From the NCBI GenBank assembly GCA_048013815.1, contig CM106585.1, positions 15,066,001-15,130,000 on the forward strand: a stretch of 64,000 nucleotides of DNA. The letters are read 5' to 3'. A program made the position numbers and the translations under genes. The stretch is from Setoptus koraiensis. Its lineage: Eukaryota > Animalia > Arthropoda. Below, in pieces: positions 21,817 through 34,200 of the stretch. Position 1 is the first letter of the stretch; every line of letters starts with the position of its first letter. The notes beneath the pieces were generated by a model that saw only the letters and a program-made list of their open reading frames with translations, was not told where the DNA came from and did not search any database.

Positions 21817-22192
21817 ATGCGCGCCATCTAAACGGTCGTTGCATTGGTCGTTGCCGCAATAACTCGCTTGCCAATCACTCGCCTGTAATTTATCGAGTTG
21901 CGTAGTAAACTATTATTAATTAGTAGTTAATTTAATGGGCGACACCAACGAAAACAATTAATCCAAAGGATAAAAAGTAACAAAACTAGGCCAAATCACA
22001 GGTGAATCCAATATGTCACGACACAAGGGACACGCAGCGGCACCTCACAGAAACACAGCTCACCCTATCTCTTAATGAAGCCTTATGTCATGAGATAAGC
22101 TCGACAGCTGATCGAAAAATTGTTGTTGTTGTTGTTGTTTGCTTTATTAGCATCATGTTGTGATATTGATTCTTTAAATCATATATAATCAT
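21814..22192. repeat. Direct repeat, copy 1 (partner at 23749-24083)
   Basis: Colinear, gapped similarity along the whole length. 22046-22113 is identical to 23945-24012 (68 nt). Confidence 0.93.
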
Positions 22193-22425
22193 TATTGTAT
22201 TACATTATAATATTATTATTATTATCACTATTATTAATCAAAATTACAGTTATAATCACTATTATTACTATTAACATTGTAATTGAGGCTTCATTGTAAT
22301 TAATTACCATTTCAGATATTACCATAGTACACAAGATTACAATAATAATTATTACTTTCGACACAATCATATTGTTGTTATTTTATTATCAATATTATTA
22401 TTTTTGATATTACCACACTAAAACC

Positions 22426-23529
22426 ATGCCTTTGCCCCTGACCGAACCGTCTTGCAGTACCTACCCCCAGATGGACAACAATAATCATCAGCAAATGTCA
22501 CTATCACAACCACAGATGACAACATATCAAGACAGTAATTATAATTTGAATATGGCTCCCACAAGGGAAGAAAACGATTTATGCCCCGAATCTTACATAA
22601 GAGAACAGAATTCCGACTGTCCGTTTCATAGCGACCACGAGCACCAGTCCAATGTGATCAATTGCCAAGATATAGACATGCAACGACAGCCAAGTGAACA
22701 ACAACAACTACAACAGGTGTATTATTCTGACAATAATCTGGCGCAATCATCTGATCAGGTTCCAGCGTCCAATATGCAAACATCGCAATCTATATCGGCC
22801 GAGTGGTTAGATAATATTTGCAAGCAATTAATTGAGCATATGAACACATTTGGAATATGTGTTATCGACAATTTTCTTGGCTCTGCATGTGGTGAGGCCA
22901 TCGTAAAAGAGGTCTATCGACTCTATAATAAAGGGCTATTTCGTCAGGGCAAATTGGTGAATAATAGATTGGTAGACGGACGATTGTATAAAGTTCGTGG
23001 CGATAGTATGATTTGGGTGGATGGTACCGAAGAGGGCTGCGAACAGATTGCTCTACTCATTCAGGCTCTTGATTCAGTCATAATACATTGTAACAAGATG
23101 TCGGGCAATAATGGCGAATTCGATAGGCACCTTATCAATCAACGAACAAAGGCTATGATTGCTTGTTATCCAGGTAACGGAACCCATTATATCAAGCATA
23201 TAGACAATCCCAATGGAGACGGCCGTTGTGTAACATCAATATATTATCTAAACAAAGACTGGGATGTTTCGCGTGACGGTGGTCTTCTTAGGATATTCCC
23301 TGTGGGAATAGATGAGGTGGCAAACATAGCGCCATTATTTGATAGAGTTCTATTCTTTTGGTCAGATCGCAGAAACCCACACGAAGTTCAACCGGCACAA
23401 CGTATTAGATTTGCCATAACTGTCTGGTTCATCGATTCAAACGAGAAACAAAAGCGACAACAGCAGCAATCACAAATAACTCCTCTGTTGCCGCAGCAGC
23501 GAAATAGGCCACAACAACTTCTTCCTTAG
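22426..23529 (+). CDS. EGLN1: HIF prolyl hydroxylase (EGLN/PHD/Hph), single exon, 367 aa
   Basis: 2OG-Fe(II) dioxygenase motifs: MIACYPGNGTHYIKHIDNPNGDGRCVTSIYYLN (HxD), RRNPHEVQPA (distal His), RFAITVWF (2OG-binding Arg). Confidence 0.95.
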   Translation: MPLPLTEPSCSTYPQMDNNNHQQMSLSQPQMTTYQDSNYNLNMAPTREENDLCPESYIREQNSDCPFHSDHEHQSNVINCQDIDMQRQPSEQQQLQQVYYSDNNLAQSSDQVPASNMQTSQSISAEWLDNICKQLIEHMNTFGICVIDNFLGSACGEAIVKEVYRLYNKGLFRQGKLVNNRLVDGRLYKVRGDSMIWVDGTEEGCEQIALLIQALDSVIIHCNKMSGNNGEFDRHLINQRTKAMIACYPGNGTHYIKHIDNPNGDGRCVTSIYYLNKDWDVSRDGGLLRIFPVGIDEVANIAPLFDRVLFFWSDRRNPHEVQPAQRIRFAITVWFIDSNEKQKRQQQQSQITPLLPQQRNRPQQLLP

Positions 23530-23748
23530 AACTCACCGAAACCGGAGTTACGATGTGTCTCCATCCCTTTCCACTCTCTTTCTCCATGTGCCATATCCGA
23601 TAGTTTCCGATGCCTCATAGAGGTGGGAAATATACCTAGTTTGGAGGAAGTTTTGCTATAAATTGAACAGTGGTACATTTTTGTTTGATGAACGCCAATG
23701 AACAAATTGCATTGGCGAATTGAACGATCGAATCGATGGAATGTTTGA

Positions 23749-24083
23749 TAGATGCGACGGTCGTTGTATTGTTACTGCAATAACTCGCTTTTTAATTACT
23801 CGCCTGTAATTTATCAAGTTGCGTAGTTGACTAATTTGGGTCAACAGCAACGAAAATAATTGATCCAAAGGATAACAAGGAAAAAAAATAGGCCAAATAA
23901 CAGGTGAATTCAATATGTCACACGAGTGATACGCAGCGGCACTACACAGAAACACAGCTCACCCTATCTCTTAATGAAGCCTTATGTCATGAGATAAGCT
24001 CGACAGCTGATCAAAAATTGTTGTTGTTGTTGTTTGTTTTATTAGCATCATATTGTGATATTGATTCTTTAAATCATAATCAT
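23749..24083. repeat. Direct repeat, copy 2 (partner at 21814-22192)
   Basis: Same orientation and colinear with copy 1, sharing the identical 68-nt core. Confidence 0.93.
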
Positions 24084-24528
24084 CGGGCCGGGACGGAATG
24101 ACGTCCTAGTCCTTAGGTTAGCCTTGAAAAACGCGGTCCCCTCTCACGTGTTAAATTTCCATATGATATTCCTCTCCTATTCCAAGAGAGGTGCACATGA
24201 TTTAGTGTACTTTTTCGAGAGAAGGAAGCGGGATCAGTCTTTACAATGAAAATTCCCATGAGGGTTTTTCCCTTCTGGAATTTCATCTTGAAATTGTTTG
24301 ACTCCAGCTGGCGAAGAAAAGCCCCTAGGGGTCGAAGAGATTCGATAATTCGTGAAACCGTTGCAACATATATTCTTTTATCCAACTTGTTATTACTGAG
24401 AAAATTGGATGATCCATGCATATTCCATGTAGTTTCAACGGTAGCATGCGCACTGATTGAGAAGTCGAGAAATTTTTGAAATTTCATCAAGAAGCGTGCG
24501 CGATAGTCCTAGACATAAGGCGATGAGA

Positions 24529-25667
24529 TTAGTAAACATGATTCATTTCTTCTGCGGAATCCATCTCTCTGTCAAAATTGCGTCTCGGTGTATTTTTGTT
24601 GTATTTTGCGTATGACTGCTTGAATGAAGGATACACAAAGTTCAATATTATTATAGCGACCAATGTTCCTTGCGTTAAACCAGTTAGAACATCTTGCCAG
24701 TGATGTTTATAATCGGAAACTCTAGAAAGGCCTGTGTAGAGAGCAGCAACTGCCAGGATGATTTGAAGGCTAGGCTTGACAAGCCCCAATAAGGCTGGAT
24801 CCATCATTGATTGCAAGTAGATCTAGAAGAGAATGAGATTTTGTTAGGTTTCATTGGTTTTGATGGAAATGGTATTCGAATGTCTTGGAAGAATTCATCC
24901 ACTCTATTGATGTACTTACGATCGCATGAGCGGCACAGTAGGCGGCGTATGAAGAGTGACCTGACATGAACGATAGTCTAGAGCCTCGCTCTAGCTTAGC
25001 GGCCAGGGGCCCCCTACATTCGTAATTGGTATGATAAACGTAGCTAGTTTCGGGGTGAGCTTTACAATATAGAGTGGCGTTTTGCCAATCACCATCGATA
25101 TTGAGAAATGGTTGACAGATTTCATAGAAATGAGGTCTCAAGCGGCCGATAGTGAACTTTGTCAATTCCGTAATAAACTCGGATATTATCATTCCGAACA
25201 TCAGTATCAATAAGCGACAGTAGATATTACTCAAGTATGTGCGCCACTTGAAATCTTGATGCAGATTGTCACCGGCACCATCTGAGCTGGGAGATTTTTG
25301 TAGTTGTTTTCTGTTTTGATATTTCAACGCTACATATTCGTAGAAAACAATGATGAAAATGTTTATGAGGGCTCCAACTAGGTGCAATAACCAGGCTTCC
25401 ACAGTGGAGCCTTTGTATGGGTACCTGATAGTTTCGTCGCCACAGGTGAAACCCCTGTGGAAGGGCTGAGCAAAATAGTGTACAACCAGCAATATGAGTC
25501 CGACTAAGGAAGAGACGAGAGTTCATCGATTAGAATAAAGTTGTTAATTGAGCTGATGAGTTGATGGGGCCTATCGATTTTAACTTACGTATAGACACTG
25601 AGGTCACATCTCTGACCATAGATACCATAAAGGTGACTCTTTCGGGTTCACTCTTGATGCTGCTCAT
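24529..25667 (-). CDS. Phospholipid phosphatase (PAP2/LPP, wunen-like). Exons 25667-25589, 25503-24920, 24822-24529; 318 aa
   Basis: PAP2 motifs C1 KFTIGRLRP, C2 SFMSGH and C3 SRVSDYKHHWQD. Both introns have GTAAGT donors and TAG acceptors, and the exons total 957 nt in frame. I cannot assign a specific paralogue. Confidence 0.92.
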
Positions 25668-26977
25668 GCTGCTAACAAATTATGATTGTTGTTGTCAGGT
25701 GGGAGGGTTGAGCGGATAGTCTATAATAGACGGGATAGGCTCGATTGACTAATGATGATTATCTGGTTATATCTGGTATATCCGGGCATATAAATTAAAA
25801 GAAATTAAAACATATATGTGTTATACACGGTCAGAATGAACACATGTAACAATAATAAAATAATAATGTACATGGTAATAAAACATTTTCTCTCGTATTT
25901 GTCTTGCCGTAGCTGCTGTGATTTCAGTAGGGCTTATATTAGGTATCAACTAGTTCAAGACATCGTCGCATTGGAACGTCGACACAATTACCGACCATGT
26001 ACCTCTCGCATCGAACTGCTCAAACACACGATGTTTTCGAGTGTCGATGTTTCTACTTTGTGAGGTTTTTCCAATGGTCTGGAATCTTGTTCAACTCAAA
26101 TCCGGCAGGGGCGCTGGCATCGTTCACAAAATGCCCTGCCGCACATAAACTGTTTCATTGGATATCTTCTTTTCTTGATTGCTTCGTCCATTAGCAACAG
26201 TGATCACGGCTGTGCATGAAGCTGCCTGAGCAGGACCACTCATGCAATCTGTTTTGCAATCTGGGTAGCGCCGCCCTCTCGGCCATCAGAAAACATCACA
26301 CAGTTTAGGGTGCAAGGATCAAGTTGCTTTATATGCTATGCTTGCACTGTTTATTTTCTCAGATGCACATTGGAAGCCACTCAAGCACAGAGTGTAAACA
26401 AGCACACAGTGCGCCGGCAACACCACTCATCGCACCTACCGCCCTCAACACACGCAGCGCGCACCATGAACGCTCAACGCGAGTTCTGTGCAATTGTGCA
26501 GCACAGGTGCTTTTAAGCCTTGTAGTCGCTTGATCCTGAAAGCCCATATTGTAAAGTAGAGTGCATTCTGTCACAGAATTTCTGTGGGATTTGCTGTTCC
26601 ATCCCCCTTGTTTTTCCCTGTGAGCACAATCACAACAATGAGCTTTGCCTGTCTCACTGTATTTGCCACAAGGTGAGTCATTTCGAATCATCGGTATCTC
26701 TGATTCATTCTAGCGTTTAAATCTCGAAATCATTATTACATAATATTGATGTTTATCAAGACTCAACATATTGATTCTCAACTCGACAATCATGATACAT
26801 TGGACAATTGATACATACCTGTCACCGTCATAATAGAAGATAATAGAAGTACACCGTCATAATAATTTTTAGTCAAACCTGTAATCACATTCAACTATTA
26901 GCTAAATTTTCATCACTATTGTTAAAGAACCACCATTGCTATATTATCAATATTATTTATATCACATAAACATAACC

Positions 26978-27560
26978 ATGGATCCATTATTTGATGAGAC
27001 AATCTCCGATGTTGAACTCAAACGGTTCGAGGACATTTACAAAACAGCCCTTAGAGATGGAGGTTCGGGTCTCGCACAAGCAAATTTCCAATACGCTTAC
27101 GCATTAGTCAGGTAAACATTTAATTTTTGTAAAAACATCACACATGATGACAACTATAATCGAAGAATCCAATTAAACTCTACTAACCTTCAACTATGGC
27201 CCCATTCGAAATGCTCTCCCACTCTCCCTCTCTATTTTTAGATCAAAACACAACAAAGATATCAAGCTGGGAGTGTCGATGTTAGAAGCGTTATACTCCG
27301 AAGGAGATCACGATGCACGCCGGGATTACCTTTACTACATGGCTCTTGGGCATACTCGTTTGCATCAGTATACATTAGCTTTAGATTGTGTCGAGAGATT
27401 TTTAGAGGCGGAACCAGAGAACGCGCAAGCTCTCAATCTGAGAAAATCAATCAATGAGCGTCTTACTAAAGATGGCCTTCTAGGAATGGCTATAACCGGT
27501 GGAGTTGTGTTAGCAGTCACGGGCCTAGTTGGAGTGGCTATGGCGTTGGCTAAGAGATGA
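26978..27560 (+). CDS. FIS1: Mitochondrial fission protein FIS1. Exons 26978-27111 and 27242-27560; 150 aa
   Basis: FQYAYALVRS..DI..G..ML, TPR-like RDYLYYMALG..RL..Y..AL..VERFLEAEPENAQA, and a C-terminal tail anchor (GLLGMAITGGVVLAVTGLVGVAMALAKR). The phase-2 intron joins in frame. Confidence 0.95.
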
Positions 27561-27785
27561 AATATACAATTTCCTGGTGTTCATTCATAGTACGATCCCA
27601 ATAAATTGAATAGTATTATTTACTCATAATGTATGTATATGAATTTGTATGAATTAGTTTATAAGCATATATTGATAATTGTGATAGCCGCACCAGTTTC
27701 GAACAAATATTGCATATAACATCGGGATGTTATGATCAGGTAACAATCTAATTATACTAAATATAGTTTCTAATTGAATCTTCCA

Positions 27786-29788
<2,003 letters not shown>

Positions 29789-30946
29789 CAAAGCCCGAAT
29801 AATAGTATATCATATGTTTAGTCGAATATAATCTAATGTGTGTCGTAATAATAAAATGATGATAGATTATTTTACAATCTCTCTTTGCTCTTTTTGCTAT
29901 TATAGACACAGAGGGAGAGAGTGATTGTGCGTTTGTCTGTGTGTGTGTATACAATTCTATGCAAGAAGCAAGACAGACATGCAGACAAACAGGCGAGCAC
30001 TATAGGGAGAGGGGAGAGACACAGATGATGTTGGTTCAGCACTAATGACGGTGATGCAGAGACAGCGAGAGAGAGAGAAATACGCTGCGTGGTGGTGTGT
30101 GTAGGTGAGTAGTGTGTGTGTGCGTGTGTGTGTGAATACCTGAAATATTCACTTTCCTGTAATAATAATAATAATAATAATAATAGTTGATATTGTTCGT
30201 ATTTCTGCAGCAGCACTGCTGATTTCTCTTTCTTTTTCTCGCTATCTCGCTGTTTGTTGTTTCTGCTGTATTGAGTGAATGTGTGCTGTCGGTTGTAATG
30301 GTAATAATAATAATAGTAATAATAATAATAATAATTGTAATAATAGCAAAGCGTATCTCTCTTGATCTAATTTGATGATGATATTTTGCGTCTGTCTGTC
30401 TGTGTCTCTCTCTCTCTCTCACTCACTCTATATGAAGCTCGCTTCGAACGGATCACAACGCACACACGCACACACACACACCAACACACGCACACACACA
30501 CACACTCAGTCAGTCAGTCAGTCACAGCTACCAATCGCTCGTTAGTTGGCTCGCTCGCTCTCTTGCTCAGCGTGTCAGTCGTGTCGTCGTCTCGATATAT
30601 ATATATATATAAATATATTGTGTGTACATTTACGGCGAGACGCAGCCAAAGAGAGTGTGTGTATTTTCTGAGTCTAATAGTGGCACTAATCAATAATTAT
30701 TAATTTAGCATAATATGGTAAATAAAGATGATAACGATGATGCTGGTGATAGTCGTCGTCGTCGTCGTGGTAATATCATTTGCACCAATAGGCTGCTAAA
30801 AATACACACAAGCCATCCAATTGTTGTCTTCCATTCGTCGTCGTCGTCGTCGTTTGCATCGAAAAAACAACAATTCCTTATTGGCCCGTGGCTGCTTTCA
30901 CTGCGCTGCTCTGGCTGCTGCTTGCCTGCTGCAACTCGTCGTCGCG

Positions 30947-30948
<2 letters not shown>

Positions 30949-30996
<48 letters not shown>
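30949..30996. repeat. (GT)24 microsatellite
   Basis: Perfect dinucleotide run read directly from the sequence. Confidence 0.97.
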
Positions 30997-30998
<2 letters not shown>

Positions 30999-31525
30999 TT
31001 ACAAAACGAACAAACGAACGAACGAATGAAAAAACTTGCGAACCAACCATCTAGCAGCGAACGAATCCAGCAGCGGCAACGGCAACGGCAACAGCGAGCG
31101 AGCGAGCGAGCGACTTAGCGAGCATTTTATTTCACATTGACAATTGAAGGCTACGCGAAGCAAATGTGTTGCACTGCAGTTGTGTGCGATGTGCAAATCA
31201 ACCAGGCCCCACTCCACTGGCTGGTCTATTTCGCTGGCACACAAGCGCAAGCTCGTCATGTGTTTGTGCAAGCATCGCCACAGTTGTCGCGCGCCACCTA
31301 GCCGTTGCATGACGCAATCACACTGGGTCAAGATATGCGTGCACAGTGCAAGCTGGCACGGACGCGCACTGTTTCAGTTCTGACAGTGCTATGCAGTGTG
31401 GCAGCGCTGCTGCTGCTGCTGCCGCTGCTGCCAGAGCGTGATATATGCCTGCCTCTGCACTGCTCGGCTGCTCGCTCGCTGGCTCGCTCGCTACCGTGGC
31501 ACGCACACGCACACTACAGTATCAC

Positions 31526-31570
31526 ATATATATATATATATATATAAATACATATATATATATATATATA
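31526..31570. repeat. Interrupted (TA)n microsatellite
   Basis: TA run with two short interruptions. Confidence 0.93.
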
Positions 31571-32560
31571 AATAATATAGTGACTATTTGTACCGACCGT
31601 TTGTGATATATGCCGTGCCGTGCGTAGCGAGCGCACGCACTCGCTTGCACGCAATTGGCTGCGAGTCGCTGCCTCGAGCTTGCCAGCACGCGTCGCGCCA
31701 CCTGGCGGGCCGGCTCGCAGGCGGCACCGGAACCTGTGTGAGTTGAATTTCCTCAATTCTCGCTAAATCCTTCCTTTATTCCTTTGGCTGTCTACTTCTT
31801 TGGCATTGTGTGTGTGTTCACGACAACCACCGACGACACACACACACACACACACACCGACGACGACACACACCGACGACACACACACACACACAGCGAC
31901 TGTCACAGCGACAACGTGATTATAAGCTGCTGCGACACGGCCGACGGCGACATGCCCGGCAACGCGATAAAACACACACCGGCAGTCTTGCCAGCAGCAG
32001 ATAATTTAGCGATTTTGCGCGACAACAGCGACAAAAGATCAAAAAAGCGATAAAAAGCGCGCGCCCGACAGCAATTGTGGCAACTGTTGTTTTGTCGACA
32101 CAATTGCCACTTGTCACTCGGCGTGCCCGTCGCTGGCGAGCTCGCTGGCTCGCCGCGACTTATGGCGCATCATGCAGCGTGATGGCGATATGCGCGCGCC
32201 TGTCGCGCCGTGCCCACGAGTCGCGCCGACACGACGCTCGCTGCGCCCACGACCCGTGCCGCGGCCGACAGTGCGAGTGGCGGGCCCCGCGACTCGTGGC
32301 GCGGCCTGCAGCAGCGCGACGCAGCGCAACACAGTGTGCGCGCGTCTCGAACAATGCGGAGCGACGCGGAGACCGCATCACTCGTTTAGCGTTTGTGTCA
32401 GGGCTTGCGGTCGCGCGAGATTTTCTGTATCAATTCTCATAACTCACCCTCGTGCCCGCTCACCGCCGCCAGCGGCCGACCGGGCTGGCCGCTGCTTCCT
32501 GTGCGACGGTGTGTGTGTGTTCGTGTGCCCAAGAGTGTGTGTGCGTGTGCGCGTTTGCAA

Positions 32561-32624
32561 GAGTAAGCGTTTGCGAGAGTGAGCGTTTGCGAGAGTGAGC
32601 GTTTGCGAGAGTGAGCGTTTGCGA
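32561..32624. repeat. 16-bp tandem repeat x4 (gagtgagcgtttgcga)
   Basis: Three exact units and one with a single mismatch. Confidence 0.93.
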
Positions 32625-34069
32625 GAGCGAGAGTGAGAGCGAGCGTATCGACGGTCATCGCGCGCCCATCCATCGAAAGAGCCGCCATCGAAGGCGGGGG
32701 GCCCGACAGCGCGTGCAGCCAGCAGCGCGACGAGGGCGCCACGGCCGACTTGAGCGACACGCGCCCGTCCGACATAACGGGACAGCAAACATAACGGGAT
32801 CGACGAATAAAGACGGACGAGCGAGCGAGCGAGCGGCAACATTTGTCGCGGCGGCCAGTCGCTCGCTCGCGAGAGCCAGCCCGAGGAGCCGGCCGCAAAC
32901 GGCGAGCGCCCCCCCCCCCCCGACAATCAAATTCGAGTCAAGCAGGCTGGCGTGACACATTGAGTGAAACAATTTAGTGGTTTGTTGGCAACGCGACATG
33001 CTATTTTCTTCTCGTGCCCAGCGACATCGCCAGCGCCACCGCAACAGCAACAACGGCAACAGCAACGACGGCAACAGCAACGACGGCAACAGCAACGACG
33101 GCAACAGCAACGACGACAACGGCGGCACCGTAGCGGCGCTTGGCACAATTGCGGCTCCGGCGGCAGCAAGTTACGCAACGGCACCGCTACTCCAATCGTA
33201 GCAAGTTAGTCAATAGTGCGAATGTTTTTATATCATGAACAAACATTCATGCATGCACCGGCGCCATTACACACACACACACTGGGCGGCCTTGGCGCTG
33301 GCCGACTGAGAAATCATCATCGCACTGGCAACCATAAATGATGAGCTAGCTTAACTGTTTGTCGGTGCGCCTCTGTAGCGGGCTGGCCGCCAATAACGGG
33401 CCAGAAAAGCGGGCTGGCCGCGAATAACGGGCCAGAGTAGCGGGCCGCCAATAACGGGCCGCACCGCACGAGTAAAGAACGCGAGCCAGCCGGCCGGCAG
33501 CGCCAGGGGCCATGGAGCGGGGGCCGGGGGAACAAGTTTGAAATTCGCATCTTGATCTTCTTTGTGTGCGTGTGCGTGTGCGTGTGTTTGATCGACACAT
33601 TAGCGCAAAAATTCTAGCCAGACTAAACCTGACAACGGAATCCTTTTCAACTTGTGTGTGTGTGTACTTGAGAGATTTCTCGTTTCAATGTCTTTGTTAT
33701 CTCTGTCTCTCTAAACTGGCTAAACGGCTAAACGGGGGGCTGCTGCTGCCGTCGCTGTCGGCCACAACTGCAGCACCACCCGTGCAACCTTCACGCAACT
33801 CTCTCGATATGAACAACAACAACAACGTGATGGTTATCTGGCGCTAGCCGCCAATTCACCGCTGGCATTGCCAGCGTTTGCCCAGCCGAGCCGCGCCATT
33901 GTATTATTTATCTTTCCAGTCTCGAGTTGCAAATGTAAATTGCCAGTATGCCTGGCACGATATAAACAAGCGCAGCCGCGCCGAAATAGAGGCTGCGATC
34001 TCGGCGGCCGCGTTCGCGCACTATTCGAATCAATTTGTTGTTATTGTTAGTGGCTCGCAACGCCATCGG

Positions 34070-34200
34070 CCGACAACTGACGGCCGACAACTGACGGCCG
34101 ACAACCGACGACCGACCGCCGACGACCGACCGCCGAAGACCGACCGCCGAAGACCGACCGCCGAAGACCGACCGCCGAAAACCGACGACCAACAAACAGC
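34070..34200. repeat. Degenerate ~14-bp tandem repeat (ccgacaactgacgg / ccgaagaccgaccg)
   Basis: The units are visible directly and give rise to the RRPT/DRPP ORF artefacts. Confidence 0.85.

Noticed and set aside
22046-22113. Repeat core as a SECIS, H/ACA or C/D snoRNA, or spliceosomal snRNA
   Set aside because: No properly placed AA loop or quartet, no H or ACA box after the hairpin, C/D-like words only ~40 nt apart, and no match to U1-U7 sequences I recall.
24113-24490. 125-aa ORF downstream of the PAP2 gene
   Set aside because: No motif recognised, and it lies where the PAP2 3' UTR is expected.
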